The position numbers and the translations under genes were made by a program. From NCBI GenBank assembly GCA_038045945.1, contig JBBSXC010000004.1, forward strand, positions 240,425-304,424: DNA of 64,000 nt, in the 5' to 3' direction. Below the pieces are notes generated by a model, which saw only the letters and a program-made list of their open reading frames with translations, did not search any database and was not told the DNA's origin. This stretch comes from Nanobdellota archaeon. GTDB taxonomy: Archaea; Nanobdellota; Nanobdellia; Pacearchaeales; GW2011-AR1. Below, piece by piece: positions 28,719 through 39,467 of the stretch. Position 1 is the stretch's first letter, and the number at the start of each line of letters is the position of its first letter.

Positions 28719-29081
28719 TTAATTAATTTTATCTCCAGACTTTCTAGGAATTAAGTGGAAGTGTAAATGGTCGACAACTTGCCCTGCAGACTTACCGTTA
28801 TTGGTGGAAAAATTGAAGCCATCATTGCCTTCGCCAAAGCGTTTATGAGCTATCTTTTTAGCAAGAAGAAAAAGTTCAGAAGCTAAAACATTAGGCAACT
28901 CCATAAAATTCTCAAAATGTTTTTTAGAAATAATTAAAGTGTGGCCTGGACTTTTAGGATGAATATCAAGAACAGCTAAAAAATTATCCGACTCATCAAC
29001 AAAATCAGAACTAAACTCTTTCTCAACTATTTTACAAAAAACACAATTCCCATTTCCCATTTTTTCACTATCTTTCTTCAT
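28719..29081 (-). CDS. HIT family protein
   Basis: CVFCKI, PGHTLII, AGQVVDHLHFHLIPR. Confidence 0.95.
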   Translation of the reverse strand: MKKDSEKMGNGNCVFCKIVEKEFSSDFVDESDNFLAVLDIHPKSPGHTLIISKKHFENFMELPNVLASELFLLAKKIAHKRFGEGNDGFNFSTNNGKSAGQVVDHLHFHLIPRKSGDKIN

Positions 29082-29087
29082 TTTTTA

Positions 29088-29159
29088 TGGACCTGTCGGG
29101 AATCGAACCCGAATTCAACGACTGCCAGCCGTTTGTAATAACCGTTATACGACAGGCCC
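29088..29159 (-). tRNA. tRNA-Ala(GGC)
   Basis: GGGCCTG/CAGGTCC acceptor with G3:U70; AACGG-CTGGCAG-TCGTT anticodon arm. Confidence 0.93.
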
Positions 29160-29166
29160 GAAAAAA

Positions 29167-30909
29167 CTAGTTAACTAGTTTACCAGCCTTATCAAAAACA
29201 ATTTTACCCTTAATTAATTTATCTAAAATTTCATTAACCTCAGAAATTTTAACTCTAATCTGCTTAGTAGTATTTCTATCGCGAATAGTGACATCTTGGT
29301 CTTTGATTGAATCAGAATCCACAGTAATGCAAAAAGGAGTACCAATCTCATCGTTACGAGCATATCTTTTCCCAACAGTTCCAGAATCATCATACTCACA
29401 AGTTATGTTATCTGATCTTAATCTTTCACAAATATCCTTAGAAATTTTAACCGCTTCTTCATCTTTTTTAACAATTGGAAAAACGGCAACCTTAATCGGT
29501 GCGAGTTTGGGATTTAATTTTAAAACAACGTTTTGTCGACTATCATCATAATTATAGGCTTCAAGCATCAAAAGCATGAAAGCTCTTTCAACTCCTATTG
29601 CAGGTTCACAAACAACTTCTGGGAGAACTTTGCCAAATTTCGGATCCATCATTTCTAGATTTTTACCGGAAAACTTTTGGTGTTGTGTTAAATCATAATT
29701 TCCACGATCAGCAAAACCCTGAAGCTCTTTCCAACCCATTGGGAATTTATATTCTAAATCCCAAGTGTCTGAAGAATAATGGCTCTTTTCATTAGGTAAA
29801 TGCTGCCTAATGCGAAAATTATTTTTATTAACTCCGAAAGACAAAAAGAAAGAGATTTCTTCAGCAATCCAATATGCATGCCAATCTCTTTTAATAATTC
29901 CTGACGACAGTGCTTTACTAATATGCATTATTTTAGGATCATGATTTTGCAATTGCATATCTGAAGAAAAAATAAGGATTTCCTCATCTTTAATTTTGTA
30001 GGGGCACGCTTGGTTAGGAGCAATAAAATATTCCATTTCCATTTGTTCTAATTCTCTATCCCTAAAAATAAATTCTCTGGGGGAAATTTCATTACGAAAA
30101 GATTTACCGATCTGAGCGATACCAAATGGGAGGCTCATTCTAGCATTTTCTTGAACTAATTTAAAATTAGTAAAGATGACCTGTGCTGTTTCTCCTCGAA
30201 GATAGGCCGTAGTAGGATTAAGTGCGCCCATTTGAACCGGGAACAACTGGTTAAACTTTCCTAAAACTTCAAACTCTCCGCCGCATTTTTCACACTTTGC
30301 TTTATCGACCTCTGAAGCATCAACTTTAGTAGCATTTTTACACTTCTTACATTTTACTGCGATGTCATAGAAACTACTCAAATGGCCTGAAGCTTCCCAA
30401 ACTTTTGACGGAGTAATAATAGCACCATCTATACCAGCAACGTCATCCCTGCGATGAACATGAAAATTCCACCACTCTTTCTTAATATTGTTTTTAAGTT
30501 CTACGCCAGCAGGTCCGTAATCCCAAACTCCTGCTAAACCCCCATAGATCTCAGAAGAGGGATAAACAAAACCTCTACGTTTACAAAAAGTAGCAAGTTC
30601 CTCAACGCTAATAGGTTTCTTATCAACAACAATGTTTTCTTCAATCTTATCACTCATTTTATTAATTAAAATTTTATCCTTAAAACCCTTTGCATTGAGA
30701 ACTGTAGGATTTTGGTTTTCAACTGATAGAAGTTTATCATCAGAAAATTTCTTCGCGTTCTTTTTAAATTCTTCAGCTTTAATGATTGCCTCAATTTTAG
30801 TTTTGCCTAAATAAGCAAGAGTAACGGCTTTAATTTTACCGTTCAACCTTTTAGATTCACGCAAATAAAAGTATTCTTTACCATTAATTTTCTTTTTAGT
30901 AACAAACAT
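29167..30909 (-). CDS. glyS: Glycine--tRNA ligase (alpha2 type) with an 84-aa N-terminal extension
   Basis: KRRGF..SSEIYGG, YLRGETAQ, IAQIGKSFRNEISPR, EPAIGVER and the anticodon-binding domain; the core starts near M85 (30657). Confidence 0.95.
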   Translation of the reverse strand: MFVTKKKINGKEYFYLRESKRLNGKIKAVTLAYLGKTKIEAIIKAEEFKKNAKKFSDDKLLSVENQNPTVLNAKGFKDKILINKMSDKIEENIVVDKKPISVEELATFCKRRGFVYPSSEIYGGLAGVWDYGPAGVELKNNIKKEWWNFHVHRRDDVAGIDGAIITPSKVWEASGHLSSFYDIAVKCKKCKNATKVDASEVDKAKCEKCGGEFEVLGKFNQLFPVQMGALNPTTAYLRGETAQVIFTNFKLVQENARMSLPFGIAQIGKSFRNEISPREFIFRDRELEQMEMEYFIAPNQACPYKIKDEEILIFSSDMQLQNHDPKIMHISKALSSGIIKRDWHAYWIAEEISFFLSFGVNKNNFRIRQHLPNEKSHYSSDTWDLEYKFPMGWKELQGFADRGNYDLTQHQKFSGKNLEMMDPKFGKVLPEVVCEPAIGVERAFMLLMLEAYNYDDSRQNVVLKLNPKLAPIKVAVFPIVKKDEEAVKISKDICERLRSDNITCEYDDSGTVGKRYARNDEIGTPFCITVDSDSIKDQDVTIRDRNTTKQIRVKISEVNEILDKLIKGKIVFDKAGKLVN

Positions 30910-30913
30910 AGAA

Positions 30914-31005
30914 TTAGGTACTACAATGATGTATAAAAATGCTTAGGTAGTGTTTTTAAAACCTCTACTTAGGTACTACCTAAGATTAAGGTTTGTAGTG
31001 CCTAA
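30914..31005. promoter_or_regulatory. Cluster of TTAGGTA(C/G)T-type direct and inverted repeats in a divergent promoter region
   Basis: ttaggtactac at 30914, cttaggtagtg at 30942, palindrome cttaggtactacctaag at 30968-30984, gtagtgcctaa at 30995. Confidence 0.65.
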
Positions 31006-31131
31006 AATGCCCTTTTGGGTCAAATTTCACTTAAGAGAAAATTAACAAAAACTCTTTACATAAATAATAGGTAATTAATGCATAAATAAGAAGCTTTATA
31101 AACATAAATTACACACATATAATGGGTATTT

Positions 31132-34100
31132 ATGGGGAAGACTGACTTAGTTAGAAGTGCGACCGCAGATTTGGAAAACCATAAAGAGATTTCTAAGAAT
31201 AATTTAGCACAAGTCAGACAAAAAATTAGCGATCTAAAAAACAAAGTTTTGAATCGTGAAATGAGTTACGCCCAGTATGAATGGGAACTAGCTGTAAAGC
31301 ATGGTGAACGAAACTTATCAGAATGGCACGACTTCTACTCTGAATACTTAGGGAAAGCCATAAGAATTGAAGAACAAAAAAGAAAGAAAGAAAAAATAAA
31401 AAGAACACTAGCAATGATTCTAGCATTATTCTTAGGATCTCTAATAATAATTGCAGCATTAAACTTTGCTCCAAGAATCATCGGGCTGGTAACTTTAGGT
31501 GATAACGAAAGCACAACACAAGCATTCGTAGAAAACATCGATATGCAATTCAATAATAGTAAAGAAATAACTTGGACTCCGCAAAACAAAGGACAACTAA
31601 CAGGAATAAAATTCTACGGAAATTACAATGGAAAATCATCATTCAAAATATTCTTAGACGAAAAAATAATAGTTGATAGCAAAAAACTACTTGAAACAAA
31701 AACAAACAACAAGAACGCACCAATCACAGCATTCGCTGTGGGAATTGATAATCCACAAGAAGGAACGGATTCACAATCAGCTGAAGCTGGTACTAACAGT
31801 CCACAAGAAGGAACGGAGAGTTCTACCCAAATACCTGAAGACTTAGTCAGTCTTCCCCAACAGAACTCTCCGACCTTCGGGATACCTGAAAACACCCCAT
31901 CACAAAACGCCTCAAACGGCACATCATTCTCAAACGGAGAGGGCTCTGTAACCCAAATACCTGAAGACTTAGTCGGTCTTCCCCAACAGAGCCCCTCCTT
32001 TGAAATCAGGTTTTCAGAAGAATGCACGGACAATTGTAACCTAACTGCAGAAAACTTAAAAAAAGAATCTTACAAAATAAGAGTAGAATTCGAAAACGAA
32101 ATAGAAAACAATTTGTTACTTGAACAAGCATTCTACACAATAATTCAAAGCGATGAACAAACAACAACTTCCTCTCAAACAACAAATAATCAATCAAGAG
32201 GAAGAAGCTTCAGCCTACAAGCAAGCGGATCAAACTACACCGTTTTCAGTCCTATAAACCAAACTTATTCTGGAACAAACAGGACCGTCTTCAATGTGTC
32301 TAGTGACGGGACCTTATTATCATGCGACTTATATCTTGATGCAGAAATAGGTAATAACGTTACTGGACCATACTTAGGATACACTAGGAACCTGAGAGTA
32401 CTTTACCACTTTAACAACAAATCATTATTCGGAGAAAACGAAACTTACTATTATGATTACAGTGAAAACAACAATAATGCAACAACAACAGGCTCTCCTA
32501 ACGCCTCGGTAATTGATTCTGGAAAAATTATGGGCGGATACGACTCTAATGGTGCAGCAGCCCCAGCTTACTCTTACGCTAATTCAACTAGAGGACTAAA
32601 TATTTCTAATACTAGCGGCTTCACAATAATGTTTTGGTTAAAAGCAAGAGACACAGTAAACCCTTCAAGCTCGCAAGGAATACTAGTTAGTGATGGATTC
32701 TCACCCTCCAGGCCTACTGATGGTTTCTACATTGAAGAACAAGACGCTGGAGGAAACACATACCAATTAAGATACAAACTAGGAGGGATATCTAATGAAG
32801 AAACATACACTACGGCAATTAATTCTAACTGGCATCACATAACAATAAGATATTCTGACCCGATAACAAACGGGACTAACAGTTTATTCGTTGACGGACT
32901 AAACGTTTACAACGGGACTGCAGGATATCCTAACATATCAATAAATAACAACTTAATTATTGGAACAGACCATTTATTCTCAAACACGTTAAACGGTACT
33001 ATTGACGAAGTAGCAATATGGAATGAGAGCCTAAGCGATAGCGACATCTTTACCATTAAAAGAGTTCAGTCAACACCAACAGCCTTAATATCACAAAATT
33101 CTAGCTTACAATCATTCACAAACTCTAGCATGACTATCAGAGCTCACTACGCTTGGTTTTTGTGCAGAGATAATGGCGGGGGGCCACCAGTTGAAGACTA
33201 TAACATTGCACCAGTATACTTCACCCTAGTACCTAAAGACATGCAAGTAAGAATTAACGAACCTGCCAATGGAGCTGCTTATAACAACTCATTTGTTAAT
33301 TTCAACGTTACAACAGGTGAAGACGGATGGGTATATTTCTCTCTTGATGGGGGGATAAATAATGTTTCAATGCAAAAAAATCCTAATGTTATCGGAACAG
33401 ACTTCAACTACACTAACGGATCAATAGCTGACGGACAATACCTAATGAACGTTTACTCTAACGACACTAACGGCACAAGCGACGACAGAAATAACCTAAC
33501 ATTCATAATTGACACAATTTACCCAAACATTAACTTCACTAATCCAACACCTATAAATGATACTTTACAAATAGCAAACAATTTTATTATTAATCTAAGC
33601 TCTAATGATTCTAACAACCACTCAATAATCCTTGACATTAATAACTCATTATACTTATGGTTAAGGTTTAACAATTCAGGTGACACTAACGATTATTCTT
33701 CATTTGGGCCAAGATCTCCAAGCATTAACGGAACAACATTTAGCAAAGAAAGAATTAGGGGAGGAGCCTTTGACTTTAACGGTGGTAACGACCTAATAAG
33801 AATATCCTCCTTCGAACCAATTGATCAATCAAGAACAATAAGCTTTTGGATTAAAGGAAGAACGCCAACAAAAAACGTTACCATAATAGAAAAATATAAC
33901 AGTTCTATTCCTGGGTTATACCCTTTCTCATTCAAAGGATACGCCGGACTTAACTATACTAACTTCTCAATAACTGGAACAGTTGCAGGTAACATCTCAA
34001 TAATAAGCTCTAACATTTTCGACAACCAATGGCACCAAGTAGTTGGGGTAGTAAACACTGGAGTTGTCCCAACGTCTATGGAATTATACGTTGACAGCTT

Positions 34101-37100
34101 AATCAGAGGTAACATAAGCGGAATTATTGGTTCATCTGAAAACAGCCAAGACTTATTCATAGGTAACGATGCTGTTCTTAACCAAAGCATTAACGCTAGC
34201 CTTGACGAAATAACAATATTTGCTAGAGCTCTTGGTAGCGCAGAAATTAATGCTTCTTACAACGCAAAAAACAACCAATACATAAAAAACTTCTCTTTTG
34301 AAGACGGAACATTCTACTACAAAGCTTACGCGCAAGACGCAGCAGGAAACATAAACACGAGCGAAACAAGAAAAATAACAATTGATAGTACGGCACCAAT
34401 AATTACTGTTAATCTCCCGCTCAACCAAACTTATATCACATCAACAATTCCTTTTAATTTCACAACTAACGAAAACGCTGTCTGCATTCTAAGTGTTGAT
34501 TCTGGACTAACTAATTATTCTATGCAAGCAAACGGTCAACGAGACTTTAACAGAACACTAACAAGCGTTGCTGACGGTTCTTACAACGTTTTTGCATACT
34601 GTAATGACTCTTTAGGTAATTTAAGACTTAACAGCAGCAGATGGTTCAGCGTTGACAGTAACGTTGCTCCAGCAGTAACTATCAATTTACCATTAAACAA
34701 AACTTATAACCAATCAATAGTAAACTTCAACGTCACAACTGACGAAGTAGCATCATGCTTTTACACTCTTAACAGCGGATTAACAAATTATTCTATGCAA
34801 AGAAACGGCAACACAGACTTTAACCACACTAACAGTTCTATCGCTGATGGTGCTTATTACGCAAGATTTTATTGTAACGACACTAGTAACAAAATAAATG
34901 ATTCCGCAACCCTTAACGTTTCATTCTCAATTGACTGGACAACACCTAGTATTAATTTCACTAATCCTACTCCATCGAATAATTCTTTCTTAAGACAAAA
35001 CAACATTTTTGTTAATGTATCTCACTCTGACACTCCTGGTGATTACCAAGTTGTTCTTGACTTTAACCGTTCACTTGTTGCATGGTTCAGATTTGGTAAC
35101 GAAACTGGTGAAAATCACACTCACATTCGTGATTGGAGCTCCTGGCAAAACAACGCTACTGCTAACACAACTACTCTATATAATGAATCTGGTAAGTTTG
35201 GCGGAGCTAGACAAATTAATGCTACTGAAGGTTTCATTAAAATACCTTATAATGAATCTATAAAACCATCAAACCAGTACTCTCTTAGTTTATGGCTTTA
35301 CCCTACTAGTGATCCTGGATTCTTCGCTGTTTACTCTTCTGTTTATGCTTTAAGTGTTGTTGATAACAAAATAAGAGTTGGTTGGGGTTCTGGTAGTGGA
35401 GATCAAGCAATTCTTACTGGTGCTGGAAACTTAACTATGGGTCAATGGACTCATGTTACTCTTGTTAGGTCTAACCAATCAACTATTTCTTTATTTAGAA
35501 ACGGTGTTTTAGTCGCTACTAACACAACTCTAACATCTATCACTATACCTAACTCTAACATAACATTTGGTTCTGACGGGTCTCTAGGTAACGCTTACCG
35601 TGGTCTTATTGATGAAGCTATGATTTTCCAAAGAGCTATTAACGAAACAGAAATTAAAAACTTGTACGACTCTAGAACGCAAAACTTTTCTGTTAACTTC
35701 ACAAGCCTAACAGACGGCAACTACTCAATTCAAGCTTACACTCAAGACGTAGTTGGACACATAAACAACACAGAAAAAAGAATAATAGTGCTGGACACAA
35801 CAGCACCAACAATAACGATTAACAGTCCTTTAAACCAGACGTATGGTACAAATAAAATTAATTTTAATATTACTACTAATGAGAATTCGAGTTGTTCCTA
35901 CAGCCTTAACGGTGGCGTAACAAATTACTCTATGGTTAAGAATGGTATCACTGATTTTAACAGAACCCACAGTGGATTATCTAACGGTGCTTATAATTTT
36001 TCAGCATATTGTAATGATAGTTTAATAAATTCTAGAATTGGTTCAGTATCTTTTTCTGTAGACTTCTCGCAAGTTTCTTCTTGTGGTAATCTTAATGTAC
36101 CAGGGAGAACCTATGATGTTATTAATGATATTAGTTCTGATGGCGTCTGCATAGAAATTTCCGCGAGTAATATAACTCTTAATGGCTTAGGTTATCAGAT
36201 ATTTCACTCTGAAAATCCTTCTGCTGAGCTAAAGGACTGTATAGGTATTAACATTACGGGGGCTTATAATAATATTCTTATTAAAAATACCCTCATTACT
36301 GGCGATTCAGCAATTGAGGGGACTTGTTCTAATGGGCTCGGTATCGCCGTTTCTAGCTCGCTTTCATCAAACATATCTATTATAAACAATACTATTGCTG
36401 AAGTTACAGAGTTTTCAACAGGGATTAGTATCCCTGCACATGACTATTTTATCCAGAATAACACTATCCAATTGACTCAGGGCGGAGTTGCGATTTTAGC
36501 ATATGCCGGTAATTCTTCTATATCTGGAAATATTATTGGGCCTTCAATTGGCGCTCCATTGGCGAGCTATCCTGGATTAACTGGGATAAATATTCGAGGA
36601 AATAACCATTTAATAAAAAATAATACTATCAACTTGAGAGATGACGAGGCAGTCTTGTTTAGATCTACTGGAATTAAAGTAACCAGTGGTAGCTATATAA
36701 ACATAACAAATAATACCGTGTCAAATCTCTACTATGATTATAATCCCCATCGTGCAATTGAGATAACTAATATTATTAATTCAAACATATCTGGGAATAA
36801 ACTTAGGGGGATAGTTGAGGTAGTTAACTCCTCTGATAATTTAATTGTCCATAATATCATTAATACTAGCTGGCAAAACTTTATAGTAACATTTGGAACA
36901 AATGCAAACAATTCAAATACTGAGATAAGAAGTAATATACTCCTTAGAGAGGATTCTAATAAGTCTTTTGAGATTACTAACGCTGGAAATGGGACAAAAT
37001 TTATTGATCAAAAAATTTATAATTACAGCTTTAATAAATCCGTGGGGAATTTAATTTATCTTGAAAATACCTCCTCTGGGAGTATAATGTTTTTAAGGGA

Positions 37101-38751
37101 AGTTAATGGTTCTGGTAAAAATCTCTCTTTAGAAATTCAAATTCTTAACAACACTGCCCTGATTAATTCAACAATTAATCCCGGTCTAAATAGAAGCGCA
37201 AATATAACTTTTTACAATATGCAAGGATGGGGCTTTGTTAGCCCTGTAATTATGAGGAATGGGGTAGACTGTCAAACTAGTGGATATTGCATAAACTTAA
37301 CCTCCCTCACAGCAAACATAGTAATATTCAATGTAAGTGGAGAGGGCTTATACAATCTGAGTGACACAAATGTCGGTCCATCAATATCCTTTGTATCAAA
37401 CATCTCACCGCAAACGATAACAGAAGCAGGAGTAACTAAGGCAACATTCAACTTCACAGTAAACGATGTAAATGGGTACGCAGACGTAATCATAGTAAAG
37501 GCAAATTTTACAAACGGAACAATATTAAGAAGCAACGAAACATGTGAAGCATCAGGGATAATCAACAGCACCGCAAGAAATTACAATTGCACAATAGGAA
37601 TATGGTACTTCGACTCAGCAGGAACCTGGAATGTAACTGTATACGCACGTGATTCTGTAAGTAACATAGCACAAAACACTACAACAAGCTTCTCATTAGC
37701 ACAAACAGCAGCATTCATCATATATCCAAACGGCACTACTGGAGGAACATCATTCACATTCTCTGGAATAAACCCAGGAGAAACAAACAAAACACCAACA
37801 AATAACCCACTAACACTAAACAACACGGGAAACCAACCAATAAATTCAGGAATAAGCATAAACGCAACAAACCTAGTAGGAGAAACAAATAACTTGTACT
37901 CACTATACGCAGGAAACTTCACAGTAGGAATAAACACAGGGGGCTCACCACTACTAGAATGCGGAGGAACAGGAAGTTCAAGAATGACAAGATCAGTATA
38001 CACAGAAATAATAGGAGCAACACTACCAGTAGGAAATCTAAGTGCAGGCGGAGGAGCAGCACAAGAACAACTATACATATGCCTAACAAAAGCAGGAAAC
38101 GAAATATCGGAGCAGGCATACTCCACAACAGGGCCAAGCTCAACAGGAGCATGGACAATAAAAATACTAGTAGCATTACTAACAATACCAAGAAAAAGAA
38201 AACTAAAGAAAGACAGAATGGTAAGAGCATTATCACTAATATACGAAGAATTAAGAGAAGAATACGACCAAGAAACATCAGAATTAGCAAACAAAGTACT
38301 AAAACAAGTAAAAGAAAGAACAAGACTAAACAACAAACAAATATACGAAATAACAGGAGCAAGAACAAGAATAGAAATACCAATAAACATATTCACAAAA
38401 GAAATAGGGGGACTAGAAGCAATAAGCAAATACCTAAAAGAAAACCTAAAAATGAGCTACGCAGAAATAGGAATAGCAATAAACAGAAACGAAAAGACAA
38501 TATGGAACGCATACGCAAAAGCAAGAGAAAAGAAAGCAGAACCATACATAACAGAAGAATCAAAAATAAAGATACCAATAGAAGAACTAAAGACAGAAAA
38601 ACTAACAATACTAGAAGCAATAATAACAAACCTAAAGAAACAAGGACTAAAATACGCAGAAATAAGCAGATTACTAGAAAGAGACCAAAGAAACATAAGA
38701 ACAATAGAGAAAAACGCAGAGAAGAAGATGAACGATTTTAATAAGAATTAA
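31132..38751 (+). CDS. 2539-aa surface protein: cytoplasmic N-domain, TM, 3 LamG/ConA-like domains with Ig-like repeats, beta-helix, shared ~260-aa domain, C-terminal tandem HTH
   Basis: LYHF/LWLRF/AWFRF, WHHI, G.IDEV.I(W/F) LamG motifs; INNTI/ISGN beta-helix repeats; MSYAEIG..INRNEKTIW and LKYAEISRLLERDQRNI HTHs. Confidence 0.85.
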   Translation: MGKTDLVRSATADLENHKEISKNNLAQVRQKISDLKNKVLNREMSYAQYEWELAVKHGERNLSEWHDFYSEYLGKAIRIEEQKRKKEKIKRTLAMILALFLGSLIIIAALNFAPRIIGLVTLGDNESTTQAFVENIDMQFNNSKEITWTPQNKGQLTGIKFYGNYNGKSSFKIFLDEKIIVDSKKLLETKTNNKNAPITAFAVGIDNPQEGTDSQSAEAGTNSPQEGTESSTQIPEDLVSLPQQNSPTFGIPENTPSQNASNGTSFSNGEGSVTQIPEDLVGLPQQSPSFEIRFSEECTDNCNLTAENLKKESYKIRVEFENEIENNLLLEQAFYTIIQSDEQTTTSSQTTNNQSRGRSFSLQASGSNYTVFSPINQTYSGTNRTVFNVSSDGTLLSCDLYLDAEIGNNVTGPYLGYTRNLRVLYHFNNKSLFGENETYYYDYSENNNNATTTGSPNASVIDSGKIMGGYDSNGAAAPAYSYANSTRGLNISNTSGFTIMFWLKARDTVNPSSSQGILVSDGFSPSRPTDGFYIEEQDAGGNTYQLRYKLGGISNEETYTTAINSNWHHITIRYSDPITNGTNSLFVDGLNVYNGTAGYPNISINNNLIIGTDHLFSNTLNGTIDEVAIWNESLSDSDIFTIKRVQSTPTALISQNSSLQSFTNSSMTIRAHYAWFLCRDNGGGPPVEDYNIAPVYFTLVPKDMQVRINEPANGAAYNNSFVNFNVTTGEDGWVYFSLDGGINNVSMQKNPNVIGTDFNYTNGSIADGQYLMNVYSNDTNGTSDDRNNLTFIIDTIYPNINFTNPTPINDTLQIANNFIINLSSNDSNNHSIILDINNSLYLWLRFNNSGDTNDYSSFGPRSPSINGTTFSKERIRGGAFDFNGGNDLIRISSFEPIDQSRTISFWIKGRTPTKNVTIIEKYNSSIPGLYPFSFKGYAGLNYTNFSITGTVAGNISIISSNIFDNQWHQVVGVVNTGVVPTSMELYVDSLIRGNISGIIGSSENSQDLFIGNDAVLNQSINASLDEITIFARALGSAEINASYNAKNNQYIKNFSFEDGTFYYKAYAQDAAGNINTSETRKITIDSTAPIITVNLPLNQTYITSTIPFNFTTNENAVCILSVDSGLTNYSMQANGQRDFNRTLTSVADGSYNVFAYCNDSLGNLRLNSSRWFSVDSNVAPAVTINLPLNKTYNQSIVNFNVTTDEVASCFYTLNSGLTNYSMQRNGNTDFNHTNSSIADGAYYARFYCNDTSNKINDSATLNVSFSIDWTTPSINFTNPTPSNNSFLRQNNIFVNVSHSDTPGDYQVVLDFNRSLVAWFRFGNETGENHTHIRDWSSWQNNATANTTTLYNESGKFGGARQINATEGFIKIPYNESIKPSNQYSLSLWLYPTSDPGFFAVYSSVYALSVVDNKIRVGWGSGSGDQAILTGAGNLTMGQWTHVTLVRSNQSTISLFRNGVLVATNTTLTSITIPNSNITFGSDGSLGNAYRGLIDEAMIFQRAINETEIKNLYDSRTQNFSVNFTSLTDGNYSIQAYTQDVVGHINNTEKRIIVLDTTAPTITINSPLNQTYGTNKINFNITTNENSSCSYSLNGGVTNYSMVKNGITDFNRTHSGLSNGAYNFSAYCNDSLINSRIGSVSFSVDFSQVSSCGNLNVPGRTYDVINDISSDGVCIEISASNITLNGLGYQIFHSENPSAELKDCIGINITGAYNNILIKNTLITGDSAIEGTCSNGLGIAVSSSLSSNISIINNTIAEVTEFSTGISIPAHDYFIQNNTIQLTQGGVAILAYAGNSSISGNIIGPSIGAPLASYPGLTGINIRGNNHLIKNNTINLRDDEAVLFRSTGIKVTSGSYINITNNTVSNLYYDYNPHRAIEITNIINSNISGNKLRGIVEVVNSSDNLIVHNIINTSWQNFIVTFGTNANNSNTEIRSNILLREDSNKSFEITNAGNGTKFIDQKIYNYSFNKSVGNLIYLENTSSGSIMFLREVNGSGKNLSLEIQILNNTALINSTINPGLNRSANITFYNMQGWGFVSPVIMRNGVDCQTSGYCINLTSLTANIVIFNVSGEGLYNLSDTNVGPSISFVSNISPQTITEAGVTKATFNFTVNDVNGYADVIIVKANFTNGTILRSNETCEASGIINSTARNYNCTIGIWYFDSAGTWNVTVYARDSVSNIAQNTTTSFSLAQTAAFIIYPNGTTGGTSFTFSGINPGETNKTPTNNPLTLNNTGNQPINSGISINATNLVGETNNLYSLYAGNFTVGINTGGSPLLECGGTGSSRMTRSVYTEIIGATLPVGNLSAGGGAAQEQLYICLTKAGNEISEQAYSTTGPSSTGAWTIKILVALLTIPRKRKLKKDRMVRALSLIYEELREEYDQETSELANKVLKQVKERTRLNNKQIYEITGARTRIEIPINIFTKEIGGLEAISKYLKENLKMSYAEIGIAINRNEKTIWNAYAKAREKKAEPYITEESKIKIPIEELKTEKLTILEAIITNLKKQGLKYAEISRLLERDQRNIRTIEKNAEKKMNDFNKN
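31825..31990 (+). repeat. 40-bp direct repeat (31825-31864 and 31951-31990, one mismatch) in a low-complexity linker
   Basis: acccaaatacctgaagacttagtc(a/g)gtcttccccaacaga. Confidence 0.9.
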
Positions 38752-39368
38752 GACTTATTTTCTAAATCTCTGAAAAGCCTGTAGTTTAGAGCTCTTCTAA
38801 AATTAATATAAGACTCATCCAGATAAATATTTTGAACAATTTTATATCTTTCTGATTCTGGACCGTTTGCTAATTCTTCAAGTCTTAAATATCCTTCAAG
38901 ATTCTGATTATAAAAATCATTAAACCCGGAAGATCCGCCAAAGACTTTCATGAATCCCTGATCAATGTCTCTTTTTCCTAAGTTTTCTGGGAATATTTCG
39001 TTAGCCCTCTTTCTGACTCCTGAAACAAATCTATGTATCTTTCCGAAAGCCAATGAATACGGTCTCAAAAATTCAATCTCCTCTCTTGAAAGAACTTTAG
39101 AACTAAAAACAAGACCCATCTGATTAAAAGACCCTGAAAAATATAATTCTGCAGCTTTTATCTCTGCTTCTTTACTAACGATCTCTAAATTTGAGAGGAC
39201 TTTAACTCTAAAATCTGCTGGAAATTTCTCGCTCTTTACAAGATTCTTTAAAATTTTTTTGGCATCCTCAAAATCAGAATCGTTATAATTATCTCTCATT
39301 CTATTAGTGTACCATCTATCAAGCTCTTCTAAAACGTATTCTCTAGACTTTATTGGGCTGGTTAACAT
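38748..39368 (-). CDS. Hypothetical protein
   Basis: 206-aa ORF that lacks the host strand bias. Confidence 0.6.
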   Translation of the reverse strand: MLTSPIKSREYVLEELDRWYTNRMRDNYNDSDFEDAKKILKNLVKSEKFPADFRVKVLSNLEIVSKEAEIKAAELYFSGSFNQMGLVFSSKVLSREEIEFLRPYSLAFGKIHRFVSGVRKRANEIFPENLGKRDIDQGFMKVFGGSSGFNDFYNQNLEGYLRLEELANGPESERYKIVQNIYLDESYINFRRALNYRLFRDLENKS

Positions 39369-39467
39369 AAAATAACGAGGATATTAATGTTTTTAAACGT
39401 TAGTATTGTAACCCCTGTTTAGTGATTATAACATAAGATTTAAAAGGTTGTAGATGTTATCTATTTT

